A stretch of DNA of 64,000 bases from Malacoraja senta (lineage: Eukaryota): assembly GCA_038087875.1 (NCBI GenBank), contig CM075993.1:2978001-3042000 (forward strand), in the 5' to 3' direction. The position numbers and the translations under genes are program-made. The notes beneath the pieces are model-generated. The model was not told the origin of the DNA and made no database searches. It saw nothing but the letters and a program-made list of their open reading frames with translations. This document shows, piece after piece, positions 63,936 through 64,000 of the stretch. How positions within the stretch are numbered: the stretch's first letter is position 1; every line of letters begins with the position of its first letter.

Positions 63936-64000
63936 TTAGAGTTATAGAGTCATAGAGTGATACAGTGTGGAAACAGGCCCTTCGGCCCAACTTGCCCACA

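Overview
This is eukaryotic, repeat-dominated DNA with no recognisable host protein-coding gene. The repeat content (CR1/HER1-type LINE 3' ends, tRNA-headed V-SINE/HE1-type SINEs sharing the CR1 tail) points to a cartilaginous fish, probably a skate or ray; the taxon is inferred, not verified. The window holds many 5'-truncated CR1 fragments, V-SINEs, Rex1/Babar and L1 fragments, PIF/Harbinger-type MITEs with TWA target duplications, Penelope-like remnants, long microsatellites and two 200-N gaps, one flanked by a probable false duplication. The ORF track is explained by these repeats. Two RNA-level signals stand out. (1) A ~135-bp retroposon family (52877-53016 +, 60237-60368 -, 17551-17677 -, plus a 3' fragment at 57501-57538) has no tRNA head. 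Its first 54 nt fold into a minimal HDV/CPEB3-like self-cleaving ribozyme, followed by a 12-bp stem-loop and a (GAA)n tail, with 11-12-bp target-site duplications. (2) Many minimal hammerhead motifs (CTGAAGA-stem-GAAACGTY) occur in Penelope-like terminal repeats; two lie directly downstream of GIY-YIG endonuclease C-terminal remnants. Structures were folded by eye, nothing was searched or assayed, and repeat boundaries are approximate unless a TSD or TIR is quoted.
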